Source: Octopus vulgaris (lineage: Eukaryota). From it: a stretch of DNA of 64,000 bases. The notes beneath the pieces were generated by a model. The model was not told where the DNA came from and did no database searches. It saw nothing but the letters and a program-made list of their open reading frames with translations. The stretch lies in contig OX597821.1 in the NCBI GenBank assembly GCA_951406725.2, positions 46,500,001 to 46,564,000 on the forward strand, read 5' to 3'. This document shows, piece by piece, positions 25,591-39,459 of this stretch (the stretch's first letter is position 1; each line of letters begins with the position of its first letter). The translations under genes and the position numbers were made by a program.

Positions 25591-26447
25591 CCATATATAT
25601 ACATATAGATAGGCATATATACACACATACAGGGACATACCTAGTTATTTACATGCATCATCACGTATATTACTATATATCCTCATATATACAGAATATT
25701 TCATCGCACATATGTATATTTATACTTATTTATATAAATACACATGTAGATACAATATATGCAAAACATCCTCGATCAGTATTCAAAGTTTACCTATATA
25801 TTAATTCATAAATACATACTAGTATTTTCGCAAATGCATACACGAATGCACGCATGTATGTACATGAATATACGCAAAATGATGCATATTACCCCCTCCC
25901 CCCCGCCACCACGCACGCACACACAAACACACTCATACATACACTTATGCCCCTCCTTTCACTTCATCTATTTAAAGCGTACATGCATATATGTATGCAT
26001 ATTCAGATAAAATATAAATATATACAAATAATATATAGACACACACTCAAAATGTTATACATTCACCCCTAAAAACGAAGTTGGTATAGATCACATAACG
26101 TCAATATAATTTGATTGGTTAATAAGGTGTAAATATTTAAAAAATATAGATAGCGTTTCTATATAATTTAAATTGGTATAACGGAAAATTAATATACTTC
26201 ATTTCCCTCAAAATGGGCACTTATCGCGTCATAAATAAAACTGGCTTAAAGAAAAATGGGGACGTATATCATCAGTATCAAGTCTAGTTAATGTAAGAGT
26301 GGAGATAATTATTAAATATTTATGTTATATTTATATACGTAGAGAGTTTTAAAAGAAATATATATATATGCTTATATATTCATGTACTTATAACATAGCA
26401 TAGATTTGATTGTCAAAATCAAAAACAAATAAAGTAATTGAATAATA

Positions 26448-26502
<55 letters not shown>

Positions 26503-27651
26503 TAATTAAGTTATCAATGTAATCAAAAGTAACATAATTAAATAATATCAAAGCAATTAATATACAGTTATAGTACTATTAAATACGTTTAGACAAAGAT
26601 TAATACACACACACACGCGCACACACTTATAAATATGTCTGTGTGTGTGTGTGTGTGTGTGTACACATACATACATACTAAACATCAATATATAATTACG
26701 CGTGCTTACCCATGCGCACATAAACTAGTGTACACCTATATATTTACATTTACATACATTCTCAAATATATATACACACATTTGAGTGTATATATAAAAT
26801 AATATATACTCATCTAAAAATATACAGGTATAAAATATACATTCATTCACATCCAAATATATGCTTATCAAAGTACAGAGATTATATCACACATAAAATA
26901 TTCACATATAAAAATCTAACTGGACACACATCTCTACATATGTCCATATTTACACAATCGCTTATGTTCAGATATGTCGATACACAAGTACGCAGAAATG
27001 TGCGAATTATGTCTGCACCGGCAACAGCTATACACACACGTTTCCAAGTATAAAACCACCTTCACTTGAAATTTGCACATATATCAAAATATACTTGTAT
27101 CTGTAAATACTCAAGTGTGCATATACAAGTGCACACACACAAAAGCACTCAAATGTTCATTCCAGCAACATATCCACACGCAGTCATATGCATATACATG
27201 TACATACACAAATGTAATTATATTAAAACGAAACAGTAGAAGCATAACATATATAGATAAAAATTATAAAATAAAAATAAAATCAAAATTAAGTAAATAA
27301 ATGAATAAATAAATAAATATAAGATTGTGAGTGCATAGCAGTGATTATTTGGTTCTTAATAATGTGTTAATTTGGCTAAGTGAATGTATTTGGGTGAATA
27401 ATAATAACATTTTTATAACTACTTAGAGTTTTATAGTAAAGTCTAGTATTGTACATATAGCAATTATGCTTGTTCCGGTATTTTCAGAAGGTTGCTCATG
27501 ATGTGTATAATAGGTTAGATATTAGGGGTGATTACTATAAAACGATACTAGGTATATTTTTAGTAGGGGGTGTAATATAATAATATAAAAAATAATTAAA
27601 ATGAAATAATCAAGAAGAAAATATATCTAAAGATATAAAATGGAAAAGTGA

Positions 27652-27688
<37 letters not shown>

Positions 27689-28027
27689 GTGAGTGCATAT
27701 CACATATTATTTTGCATTTATAATTGGGGCAATATTATTAATGAAAATAGTTATGTGGATAATAACGAATTCAAACATCACCAAGTGTAGCTATTCAATG
27801 CTAGAATAGTGGATAACCGATATAAATGTTAGCAATTGTGTAAGGTAAAATATTGGTAGAAATGTTAACTAATAGAATTAATTGTTATAGTATTATGTTA
27901 AACTTATGTGTAATAGAATTGTAACAGAAGTAGATATTCATGTTAATAGTTTTTTTAGTTAGGTAGTAGTTAGTGGGGCTGATTAACAATAGTAAAGCTG
28001 AATATGGCTAATTTAACCACTAATTGA

Positions 28028-28058
<31 letters not shown>

Positions 28059-28080
28059 TGTATGTATGTATGTATGTATG

Positions 28081-28141
<61 letters not shown>

Positions 28142-28158
28142 ATATTTATTTATATTTA

Positions 28159-28243
28159 TGTATATGCCAGCTAGTGGCATAGATGATAGGATATATGTAT
28201 CAAATGAAGTAAATATCACCTATGCCACTAGCTGGCATATACA
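28159..28243. repeat. 30-bp inverted repeat with 25-nt spacer
   Basis: tgtatatgccagctagtggcatagatgata / tatcacctatgccactagctggcatataca. The right arm continues into sequence matching 25421-25462. Confidence 0.9.
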
Positions 28244-28599
28244 GGTGCTTACATTTATCAAGTATTCACCCTGAATTTATTGTAACTAACTCACCTACGT
28301 TGTCACTTGGACCGGATCCTATATATATATATATACATACTATTTGTTTATACGTGAGTGTTCATCTGAATATTTTAATTTTGAATATTTTCTGAATATT
28401 TTCATTTGTCTTTTTATGTATCCCTATATATATCTACATGTGTATATATCTATTCTATATAACAAGCCTGATATCAGCTTTTATAATCATTCCTGACCAC
28501 GCGGACTTGGTCCCCGCTAAAGACTTTCGGAGTGTAAGTTCAAATCATTTGAGCACCGCTACGTGTCTTCTGTACTGAGGGTCTCTGTAACCTGCCTGT

Positions 28600-28638
<39 letters not shown>

Positions 28639-29211
28639 GTCTGTCGATCTATCTATCTTTCTTCTTTAAACGGTACGTGTGTAAATTTATGCACACACTT
28701 GTAGGCAACATGTATGCACTCTGTTTAATGATACTGATTTGTTATGTGCATCATTATGTGATGAACATGTGAATTGATGAACATGTGAATTGATGAACAT
28801 TATAGTAAGATATAAAATATGTATGACAGGCATTTCTTGTTCTTGGATTACATAGCCAACAAGCAAACGGAAAAACAAAAGAAAGGAATTTCTCCCTTAA
28901 GAATTTTTTATAATAGAAGAATGGAAGTAGCACATTGGAACTACCATGTAGGTTATTCTATTTACTCCATAATTATATTGCTTACATTCTATATTAATTC
29001 CAACCTCCAAACGCTAATGTAAAAAAATTCATAACACAAAAGATAATTTTCTGCTCTCGATACGTGAAAATAAGTTGTTTCCGTGTCGCGAGTGCAGAAA
29101 AAACATCCATTATCATTGAAGGCACACTGATGGGGAATAGCCCAGGAACAGTAATCTATCTATATATTATAAAAAACATTAAATCCACAGCTGCTCATTA
29201 ACTGTTCTACT

Positions 29212-29294
<83 letters not shown>

Positions 29295-29433
29295 GTCTGT
29301 CTGTCTGTCTGTCTGTCTGTATGTCTGTCTGTCTGTCTGCCTGTCTGTCTGTCTGTCTGCCTGCCTGCCTGCCTGCCTGTCTATCTGTCTGTCTGCCTGC
29401 CTGCCTAACTGCCTGACTGTCTGTCTGTATATC

Positions 29434-29505
<72 letters not shown>

Positions 29506-30326
29506 GATCGATCGATCGATTAATCGGTAGATCTGTCTGTCTGCCTACACAGCTATCTGTCTGTCTGTTTGTATGTATGCACGCATGTGTGTATGTGAGT
29601 GTGTCACACAAATTTACTTTCACGTGCTTAATGGATTATATCTAATCCAATACAATGTAGCTAGAACCCAACGTCATAAATATCTAAAACTCAGTACGCT
29701 AAATAGAGATAAATAAATGAAATGAAAATTATGCGGAATATGCTGACAGAAGCTGTATTTGTTAAATCTGTTACTACGTAAATAGAATGAAATAAAACGA
29801 GAAAGACATTTACATAATTAAAATTACAATCAATGTAAAAGACAAAAAAGCAGGATCAAAGTTGATTACCTGAAATTTACTATGATAAAAGGATAAACAT
29901 GCATTAAGCTCGTGGATAACAAATAAAATTAAAATATAGCCAAACTGAAACTAATGTTTAATAAAAAAAATGTGTATATAAGTATTTGCTGATTAAACGA
30001 AAGCATTAAGGAGGATCACTAAAACGGGAGCAATAGAATAATTTTTAATGATCTTACTAGTATTAATCGAATAAGTATAATCAAAATGAAAATTGCAAAC
30101 AACATAAAGAAAAATCACGAATGGTAATTACATCTACCAGCTAACATACATATTGCGTGTAGCAGTAAGTCCAGCACGATACTTGGCCGCTTTCCTGCAC
30201 AGTATAATTTAAAACAATAAACAAATAAAACCTAGCTATATCAGCAGAATAGGTAGTGACAAGTGACAAACGCTCAGAAACCATCGCGAAATATGTCCAC
30301 CGACACTATAACGAGTTAAACGCATG

Positions 30327-32576
30327 TTAACCCTTGGTCTACCAGAGAAAATATATGTCACTAATTACCAACTTTTTACCAATATTTTTCTTTTAATTAA
30401 ATTTTATTCAAACTACCACCATTTCTTAACTACATTATATATGCTATCAGGTGGATGAAGAATTAGTTTCTCACAAATTTTGAAAAAAGAAAAAAATACA
30501 GCTTACAGAATACATTATAAATTTTTAAAAATTGCAAAATACAGAATTACAGCTCTTCATAGCAGAGAATGCAGACAACATTGCAATGTTCTTGAAAAAC
30601 ATAGATATTACAATTCTTACATGTAATACAAGTTTTCCTGTCCTTTTTTGGGGCCCCACAAAGAACATCTTCCTTTTTTTCTTTGGTTGAGGAATCTCAA
30701 ATGAGGTTGACGATCGTCTTCTTTCCTTGTTTGGTTGAGAAATGTTAGCAGAACTTGAAGATTGTTTGTCATGTTCTTGTTTAACTTCAGCAAGTTCCTT
30801 TCCTAACTGAATTAGGCACTGTCTTCTTTTATCCTTGAAACTTTGCAAGTGAAGCTGTTTAGCAATAACGGAAGCTTTCACTGCTCTTATATCAATCATG
30901 TTGTAGAATATAACCATAAGCCATCTTCAAGTCATTCCTTTGCAAGTGTATGTCCTTATCATCTTATCTAGGGTATCTAATCCTCCTTTTGTATTGTTGT
31001 AGCATGTAATAACTTCAGGTTTCTTTTCAGCACTTTTTGAATCAATTGAAGGCTGAGAGTGCATTATACTCATAAATGTGATGACATAATTTTTCTTGGG
31101 ACAATAAGATAGGATCATAGAACCCTTTTGAAATCCAAATATTGTGCTGTTGATTTCTCTTTCTTTTCCATTTGTGAAAGAACATGGAAGTTCAACTCTG
31201 TTCTTTCTAATTGTTCCAACTAAAACAATTTTCTTGCTAAGCACCTTTTAAGCCAATCCTAGACTCGTAAAAAAATATTGCGACCATTATTTTCAAGTTC
31301 TTTCACTTGGTCTTCAACAACTCTTGAACTTTGATTTGTCTCTCTCCCTTTTACTAGATCTTTTCCAGTGTATATTTGCATTTTCCAGGCATAAAATGTT
31401 TCCCTGTCGCATATAGCCCAAATTTTAATTCCATATTTCCTTGGTTTTGAAGGAATATACACCCGGAATTAGCAGCGCCCTCTGAATGAAACTAATTGTT
31501 CATCAACTGTCATGCATGAACATATCTATCTTGCAAATTATGACTCCACATTTCAAATACTTCTCTTATGGGCTCCAATTTATCATCACTTCTCTTTTTT
31601 TCTTCTTGTACTAGTATCATCAAAACGCAATACTTGTAAAATCTGTTGAAATCTTCCCCGGCTCATAATTTTGTTGAATATTAGGCGGCCATCTTCTCGA
31701 CTCCATAACTGTGTGACGTTTTCATGTTTAGAGTTATAAACACCTATAAGAATAATCATTCCAATAAATTTCTTTAGTTCAGAATGATCAATTTCCTTCC
31801 ATTCGTCTTAGCAAACAACCTGACCTTCAACATTTGTCCATTTACGAATTGCTTCAAGGAGATTCTGGCACATAAAACTTGTTTCAATGCTATCGCAAGA
31901 TCTTTTAGTAAAACGGGATGGTCATCATACTTGGCACCAGTATTGCAAGAGGAAGCTCAAACTGCTGCTTGAAGAAGAGGATTAGAATTCCAAACTTCTT
32001 GTCTGTCTCTAGAAACATATTGTTCATTCATAATTGGGTGGCTTGCAGATAATTGTTTTTGAGTATTAAAAATTGTCTTTGAGTATCTGATGACACAGAC
32101 CCTAAACTGTCCAGCACACAATCACTTTTACCATCATCTTCAGAGCAATAGAAGGAACCGCTACTATCTTCTTCCCATTCTTCATCTAATTCCAATAACC
32201 TTTTCAATATATGGTCTTCACTCAAGATTTCACGTCTAGGCATATTGGAAAGCACAACTGAACTATATGAAGCTTGATCGCAGACTAAAGGCAGATATTG
32301 CTCTCTCACACATTTATACTCTCCTGGAAGATGTTGCAGTATATTGTAAGAATTGCATAATAACATAGAAATATTGCAATACCACACAAATTTACAGCAA
32401 TGTTTTCATAATTTTTCCTATTTTATCTAAAATTCTGCAAATAAGAATACAATTTTACCTATTTTATATCTGATAAATATTTAGGAAAATAATATTTGAT
32501 GCTGCTTTTATTCTGTTTAGAATGACAAGAGTATTGTCTGAATTTAATTTGAGGGTCCAATGGATCCATACGTTAA
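30327..32576 (-). mobile_element. Decayed piggyBac transposon (PGBD4-like transposase pseudogene)
   Basis: TTAA-CCCTT terminus at 30327. Fragments: MSRGRFQQILQVLRFDD, TVDEQLVSFRGRC, YIPSKPRKYGIKIWAICD, VGTIRKNR, YNNTKGGLDTLDKM, acidic N-terminus. Many stops and frameshifts. The far end (gggtccaatggatcc...ttaa, ~32553-32576) is uncertain. Confidence 0.9.
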
Positions 32577-32813
32577 TTAATGTCCAAAGTGAAATTTTCC
32601 CATTTGACAAATAAAAGAGAGCCAAGAAAAAATAAGTTACGAAAAATCAGCAGGATCAAATAATATAAACAATAGGAAAAAGCAACTGAAAAAAAACTGA
32701 AATGGGTCCACTGTATGTATATATGTGTATATATATCTCTATATATGTGTATATGAGCATAATAATGCGTACATAGGCACATACATGTGTGTATTTGTGT
32801 GTATGCGTGTACG

Positions 32814-32857
<44 letters not shown>

Positions 32858-32863
<6 letters not shown>

Positions 32864-33162
32864 TATTTATTTGTATATTACATGTTTTTATACATCATAT
32901 AACTTAGATCATGTATTAACGCTTTCTCCCATTCTAGTGGGGTTTTCAAATCAAACTAAGTTCCTGTGTGAAAAGTTTTGACCATTTTATAGCGGTATTG
33001 GGTTAGGGTTAGGGTAACTCAATACCACTATAAAATGGTCAAAACTTTTCACACAGGAACTTAGTTTGATTTGAAGACCCCACTAGAATGGGAGAAAGCG
33101 CTAATACATGATCTAAGTTATATGATGTATAAAAACATGTAATATACAAATAAATATCTGTA
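32858..33162. repeat. 143-bp-arm palindrome with telomere-type GGTTAGGGTTAGGG centre
   Basis: 32858-33000 vs 33020-33162, 3 mismatches; spacer ggttagggttagggtaact. Confidence 0.95.
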
Positions 33163-33270
33163 AATATAAACCATCCGATTTTCTGAGTACCTCATTTCTT
33201 CTAATATAAATACCTGTACATCATCTCCAAACCTTCCAATATATATATATATATGTATATATATGTATGT

Positions 33271-33314
<44 letters not shown>

Positions 33315-33493
33315 ATGTGTGTATGTATGTACGTGTATGTATGTGCATATACATGTGTACGTATGTAGATTTTATGAACGAAGATGTTTATCTGTATGTG
33401 GTTGTATTTTATAATATTTTATATCTTTTACATTTATGCCACGCCTATTAGAGTAACTTCCCTTTATTCAACGGTTTTTTTCATAGCGTTCTT

Positions 33494-33544
33494 GTGATGA
33501 AAATGCCTAGAAGCCTTTAGCTCCGGTATTTGAAACTCTGAGTA
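33494..33544 (+). ncRNA. Degenerate hammerhead-like motif
   Basis: GTGATGA-aaatgcc-(17 nt)-ggtattt-GAAA-ctc-t-gaG-TA; C3 mutated and stem I poor. Confidence 0.35.
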
Positions 33545-33677
33545 TTATTATGAAAACTTACTGATTATCTCATATATATACTATGAAAATTATAAGGGTA
33601 GAAAATTTAGAAAAAAATTCATACCGGTGGGTAGCATGCATAATAAAAATCAATAGATTACATATTTTCATATATAA

Positions 33678-33951
33678 AAGTGTATAATATTTACACACAG
33701 AGAGGTGACCCTTTACAGGACGCCTTACATACGAAAAAGGTAATTTCGAAGAGAATGAAAACAACAATTATTTAAAGTTAATCCCAAACTCGAGTTTATA
33801 AATGAGCAAATAAATTAATTTGTCTGTAAATAATTGTTGTTTTCATTCTCTTTGGGATTACATTTTTTCGTGGTTCGAGTTTGGCTGCCCTCTCTGGCAT
33901 GTAAGACGTCCTGTAAATAGTCTCCTCTCAGTGTGCAAATAATATACACTT
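33678..33951. repeat. Diverged mosaic inverted repeat abutting (TA)n
   Basis: 33678-33730 pairs with 33899-33951; 33731-33774 pairs with 33827-33871. Confidence 0.85.
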
Positions 33952-33954
33952 ATA

Positions 33955-34002
<48 letters not shown>

Positions 34003-34029
34003 TTTAAGGAATCTTCAAACTTATTACTG

Positions 34030-34229
34030 TGAATTAATGGCTTCTTGGTGATATCTTGGTTTAAATGTATCCACAAAAAAATCAAAACAAATTACACAGT
34101 TTGGTATTTTGGATTTCTACCCGTTAATATCTGAATCACTGTTACGTGATGCATTTGAGTTTTCACGTCGGTTTGTAACGATCGATGACCATGAAATAAT
34201 GCTCATTATGCACGCACGTAAAACGCTGT

Positions 34230-34231
<2 letters not shown>
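34030..34231 (+). mobile_element. Penelope-like RT fragment (motif A)
   Basis: VISWFKCI...FGILDFYPLISESLLRDAFEFSRRFVTIDDHEIMLIMHARKTLL; truncated by (AAT)n. Confidence 0.8.
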
Positions 34232-34324
<93 letters not shown>

Positions 34325-34408
34325 TATTATTATTATAATAATAATAATAATGATAATAATAATAATTATGATGATTATGATAATAATAATAATGATAATA
34401 ATAATAAT

Positions 34409-35172
<764 letters not shown>

Positions 35173-35483
35173 AATAATAATAATAAAAAGCCCGCAGCGT
35201 ATAACAAACATCATGGACTTTTGTCAGTGAGCTCCCTGCAATGAAAGAGTAAATTGGAGACCATCATCATATAGAATTTAAAATTATGTTTTAATGTAAA
35301 TAATTTCAGGAAACCGAAACATTTCATTCATATATGAATGTAAAAATCAGTGGTTCCCAATCCTTTTATTTAAATGAGTTTTCTCACGGTACCCTTTTAA
35401 TATGCCAATCCTTATGTGCGTGCATATATATTCGCCATGATAGATCGCTAATCACTACATATTTTTTAGTTTCTTTCTGTGTT

Positions 35484-35520
35484 CTTTTCTGTGGAAGAGC
35501 GTAGGCTCGAAACGTTAATG
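35484..35520 (+). ncRNA. Minimal hammerhead-like motif (core variant CUGUGGA) in a unit homologous to 17851-18062
   Basis: ctttt-CTGTGGA-a-gagc-gtag-gctc-GAAAC-GTT-aatg; unit ~35433-35613 is flanked by TA-rich tracts. Confidence 0.55.
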
Positions 35521-36571
35521 ACTTTTTCACTTCCCGAGCATTAAACAAACACAACTGTTTGTTGTCTACACCACCTGTCTTTCTCTTTTGTTTTTTTTGT
35601 GAATTTTCCCCCTGTATATATATATATATGTGTGTATATATATATGTGTGTGTGTGTGTATACATATGAATTTTGAATTTAGTTCACGGACCCCTCAGTA
35701 CTACCTTTGCGTAAAGAATCTTTTCCAGCTTAACATGTCAAATATCAAGTAAGGATTTCTACTTCATTCAGGTTATTTTCACCTTCAGATATTCAATGAT
35801 TTGTTTCAAAGAATAAAATGCACAATTTTTCCTACAGTAATTGAAAACCGTTCTGTTAAATTGTCCATGCCATATTGATTTCCGTATGACTTAAGTAGTT
35901 TTAGAAGTAGATTATATTGATGTGCTAAAGTATGAAAACGCACGACAGAGTTCATTACTGGTCAGTACCATAATTACAGATATAATATCCTGATGGAAGA
36001 ACTTCAACGAGGAATACATATTTTAATTATACACGTATTGCAAATTATTCATAAAAAATATAAATAGATGAAAAATAAACAATTAAGGAGATTCACATCA
36101 ATACGACCTAACTAATTAAAAAGAAACCATTAGTTCAAAGATATTTGAACACAAATCACGTAACTGTTAAAATTCATCTAAATTGTTTGTAACTAGTTGA
36201 TGAAAGTTAAAACAACAAAAGCAAAAGTAAAACAAGCTGCTAGTACAATTGTAGATTCAGTTCAATTACAAGGCTATCTAATTAACTTTTTGTTGACCGA
36301 AAGTTTCAAATTAATGTGTCTGCTCTTGTCAGACCTAAGCCATATAGTGCAATAATTTCAACAGAAACGTAGAAAAATTCATTTTACTATTGAATGCTGA
36401 AAATATTAAACCTTTGTTTATGTCGCTACGTTTCTTTATTGCTTGTTCTGGTGCTAACATAGAATTTGTTGCCATTTGAAGACTGACAACCAAAGTTTAT
36501 ACAGTTCTGTATTTCAGGGATGGGGAATTATGTACATTATTTAAATTATCAACATTTGACGGATAGCTTTT

Positions 36572-36720
36572 GTTTCTTCTTCTTCTTCTTCTTCTTCTTC
36601 TTCTTCTTCTTCTTCTTCTTCTTCTTCTTCTTCTTCTTCTTCTTCTTCTTCTTCTTCTTCTTCTTCTTCTTCTTCTTCTTCTTCTTCTTCTTCTTCTTCT
36701 TCTTCTTCTTCTTCTTCTTT
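36572..36720. repeat. Long pure (TTC)n tract
   Basis: Direct reading. Confidence 0.95.
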
Positions 36721-37347
36721 ATATTTGTTAGGTAGTCTTACTTCTTGTTTGTATTTGTCAGCTTCCTTAAATACCGAAAACAGTTTTTTTGTCTTGCTCG
36801 TCTTTTGTGGTTATTTGTATTAGTTTTCCTTGTTTCTGAAGTAGGTATTTTTGTAGTTCTATGGTGGTTATTTTATAATAGTTTTCAAGCTGTATAAAGC
36901 CTCTACCACCTTCTATACGTTGTATATATAGCCTTCCTATGTCAGATTGAGTGGTGCATCCTAGATCCTGTCTTGTTTTCCTATCTATTTTGGTTAGTTC
37001 ATTTAGCGTCCAGTTAAGGATATTGAAGCTGTAACTTATAACTGGGACGGCTAAAGTGTTAATACCTATTATCTTGTTTTTAGCATTGAGCTCTGTTTTC
37101 AGTATTGCTCTAACTCATCTATAGTATTCTTTCTTTATTTTCTCTTTCATTTGTGTGTGTTGTATCGTATCTAGTTCATTGATTCCTAAATATTTGTATA
37201 TCTGGCTTTAGTCTAATTCTCTTATTTCATTGGCTTTATCTAGTGTGATGTTGCTACACTTAACTAGTTTTCCTCTTTACACGGTTGCTTTGACACATTT
37301 TTCTAAGCCAAATTTCATATATATTTCTTTGGTAAATCCATGTGCTG
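36721..37347 (-). mobile_element. R4/Dong-type non-LTR retrotransposon internal fragment (late RT/thumb)
   Basis: Minus strand: MKFGLEKC...YKYLGINELDTIQHTQMKEKIKKEYYR.VRAILKTELNAKNKIIGINTLAVPVISYSF..LNWT..EL.KIDRKTR; homologous to ORF 53266..53988. Confidence 0.85.
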
Positions 37348-37359
37348 TCTGTAGTAGTG

Positions 37360-37498
<139 letters not shown>

Positions 37499-37594
37499 TT
37501 TGTGACCTGAATACTATTACTACTACTGCTACTACTACTAGTACTGCTACTAATAATAATAATGATAATAAATAAATAAATAAATAAATAATAA

Positions 37595-37661
<67 letters not shown>

Positions 37662-37727
37662 GTGATGATGATGATGATGATAAATAATAATAAATAATAA
37701 TAATAAGTAATAATAATAATGATAAAT

Positions 37728-38336
37728 GCTCTGATGCAGTACCAGGCAGTGGCTATGCCCTGATGCAGTACCAGGCAGTGGCTATACGCTGTTGCCGTAC
37801 CAGGCAGTGGCTCTCATGGTTTCTGATCTTAACTGATTGGAAGTGTTATAGTGTACATTGTCTATCTTAGTATAAAAGATGGGCTACAGCAAATATTCTG
37901 CTCAATACCACAGATTTGCTTGTCAGTTGTTTGACCGTAACTAGTTGAGCATGTCTCTTAGTGGCTGACGATATGTGCATCTCTGATCATGAGCAGAAGT
38001 AGTGGGGGAGCATCATAGCCATGTGTTGAGAGGGATTCTTTGGGGTGTGAATAATTCACCTCTGGAAACATGGGTGGTTCGTTTAATATCATTAGAGAAC
38101 CCTCATTCAGGGACCTTTTGAGTAGAATGGGTTACTCGACCAGAGGAAAATTCTACTGGGCTCCACCTGCAAGGCCATGTGCTGTTTATCTTGTATGAGA
38201 TCACCATGTCGCGCACATATGGTTGTGATGCATGTGCCTAGTGTACCCTTATCAGACAAGTAGTCATGATGAGTATACTGGGCTTTGTATATTTTACCCC
38301 AGGGTCACTTTGATGGCATGAACTGCTCTCTCACTC
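37728..38336. mobile_element. ~610-bp non-coding interspersed element embedded in (TAA)n
   Basis: Third and longest copy. Begins with three tandem 29-bp units CTGATGCAGTACCAGGCAGTGGCT(ATGCC) and ends ctctctcactc-(aat)n. Confidence 0.85.
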
Positions 38337-38392
<56 letters not shown>

Positions 38393-38443
38393 TATCAAAA
38401 AATACCTTAGGAATGAGAACCCGAGTTCGAAATTTCCCTAACT

Positions 38444-38485
38444 CACCTGATGAAGGCTGGAGGGTATATTAGCCGAAACGTTGTG
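38444..38485 (+). ncRNA. Minimal type-I hammerhead ribozyme, canonical core
   Basis: cac-CTGATGA-a-ggctgg-agggtata-ttagcc-GAAAC-GTT-gtg. Stem I cac/gtg, 6-bp stem II, palindromic AACGTT stem III, predicted cut after GUU (38482). Confidence 0.75.
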
Positions 38486-39459
38486 TTAACAACAAATATG
38501 ATGAGGACAAATATCCGTCAAAAGTAAATAATGTAACCAAAGTGTAGTTTGGTAAATCAATCATCATATCATATGCCATACTGCTTTCTCCTAGGAATTG
38601 AACCTGCTAACAAGTTTACAACTGTTATATTTTAACGGCCGTAGGGAAGCAAACCAACAGTAAATTTCTCACGACTTTATTGTTTCCTTGTCACTCAGAA
38701 ATAAGTCCATTACCTTGTAACCTTGTAATATCAATGTACAACGGAGGCTCTTCTGCTTTAGTATCATGTATTCCTTCTACAACAGCAGTAGATTTTGCTT
38801 TGCGTTATGCTACTCTTGATTTACATGCCTCGTCGCAGAAAATGTAAATGAGACAAAAAAAAAAACTGTTAGAGAAAGAAAATGGGCGGTAAGTTATATA
38901 TATGATGGGATTTACGTAGCTTTCAGAGAATAGCATCCTACAAGATTAAATACGTGATAATATTACGATATTTTTGGTAGAAGAAAGGAAGCTTGAGCTC
39001 TTCCGGCTGTCAGTATAGAAATGGCTTCTTATATTGTGGTCGACTGCAGAAACGTTCGTTAAGTAACAGCTCGTGAAATATTTTTGTGATGATATAATTT
39101 TGTATCAGATGTAACAAAATAACTCGTATATATCCACTGTAAAACTACAAAATTATCCAGAAAAGGATCATGAAAAGTCAATAGAAATGGGCACGGAAGA
39201 TTTAGGTGTTTTATAATTAACTTCCTTGATGCGTTGCCGTTAAGTTTTTTTGACATTCTGACTATCATTTCGTTATTCCATAATTATTTGTTAGTTATTC
39301 TGATATTTCGACAATATTTTAAATATGCTGTCTCTTGTTATTTAGATATGTATATATATTTATAATTTTCACATTAGCATTTTGCTGAATCAGCCATATA
39401 TTCATATGGTGAATATATATAATGGCAGTGAGGATTTAGCACCCCGTTCCCACCAAGCA

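Noticed and set aside
33001-33019. Telomere or G-quadruplex
   Set aside because: Only three G-triplets, and the position is interstitial; kept only as the hairpin apex.
35348-35700. hAT-like terminus CAGTGGTTCCCAA with cacggacccc subterminal motif
   Set aside because: No matching second TIR or TSD found, so boundaries are unsupported.
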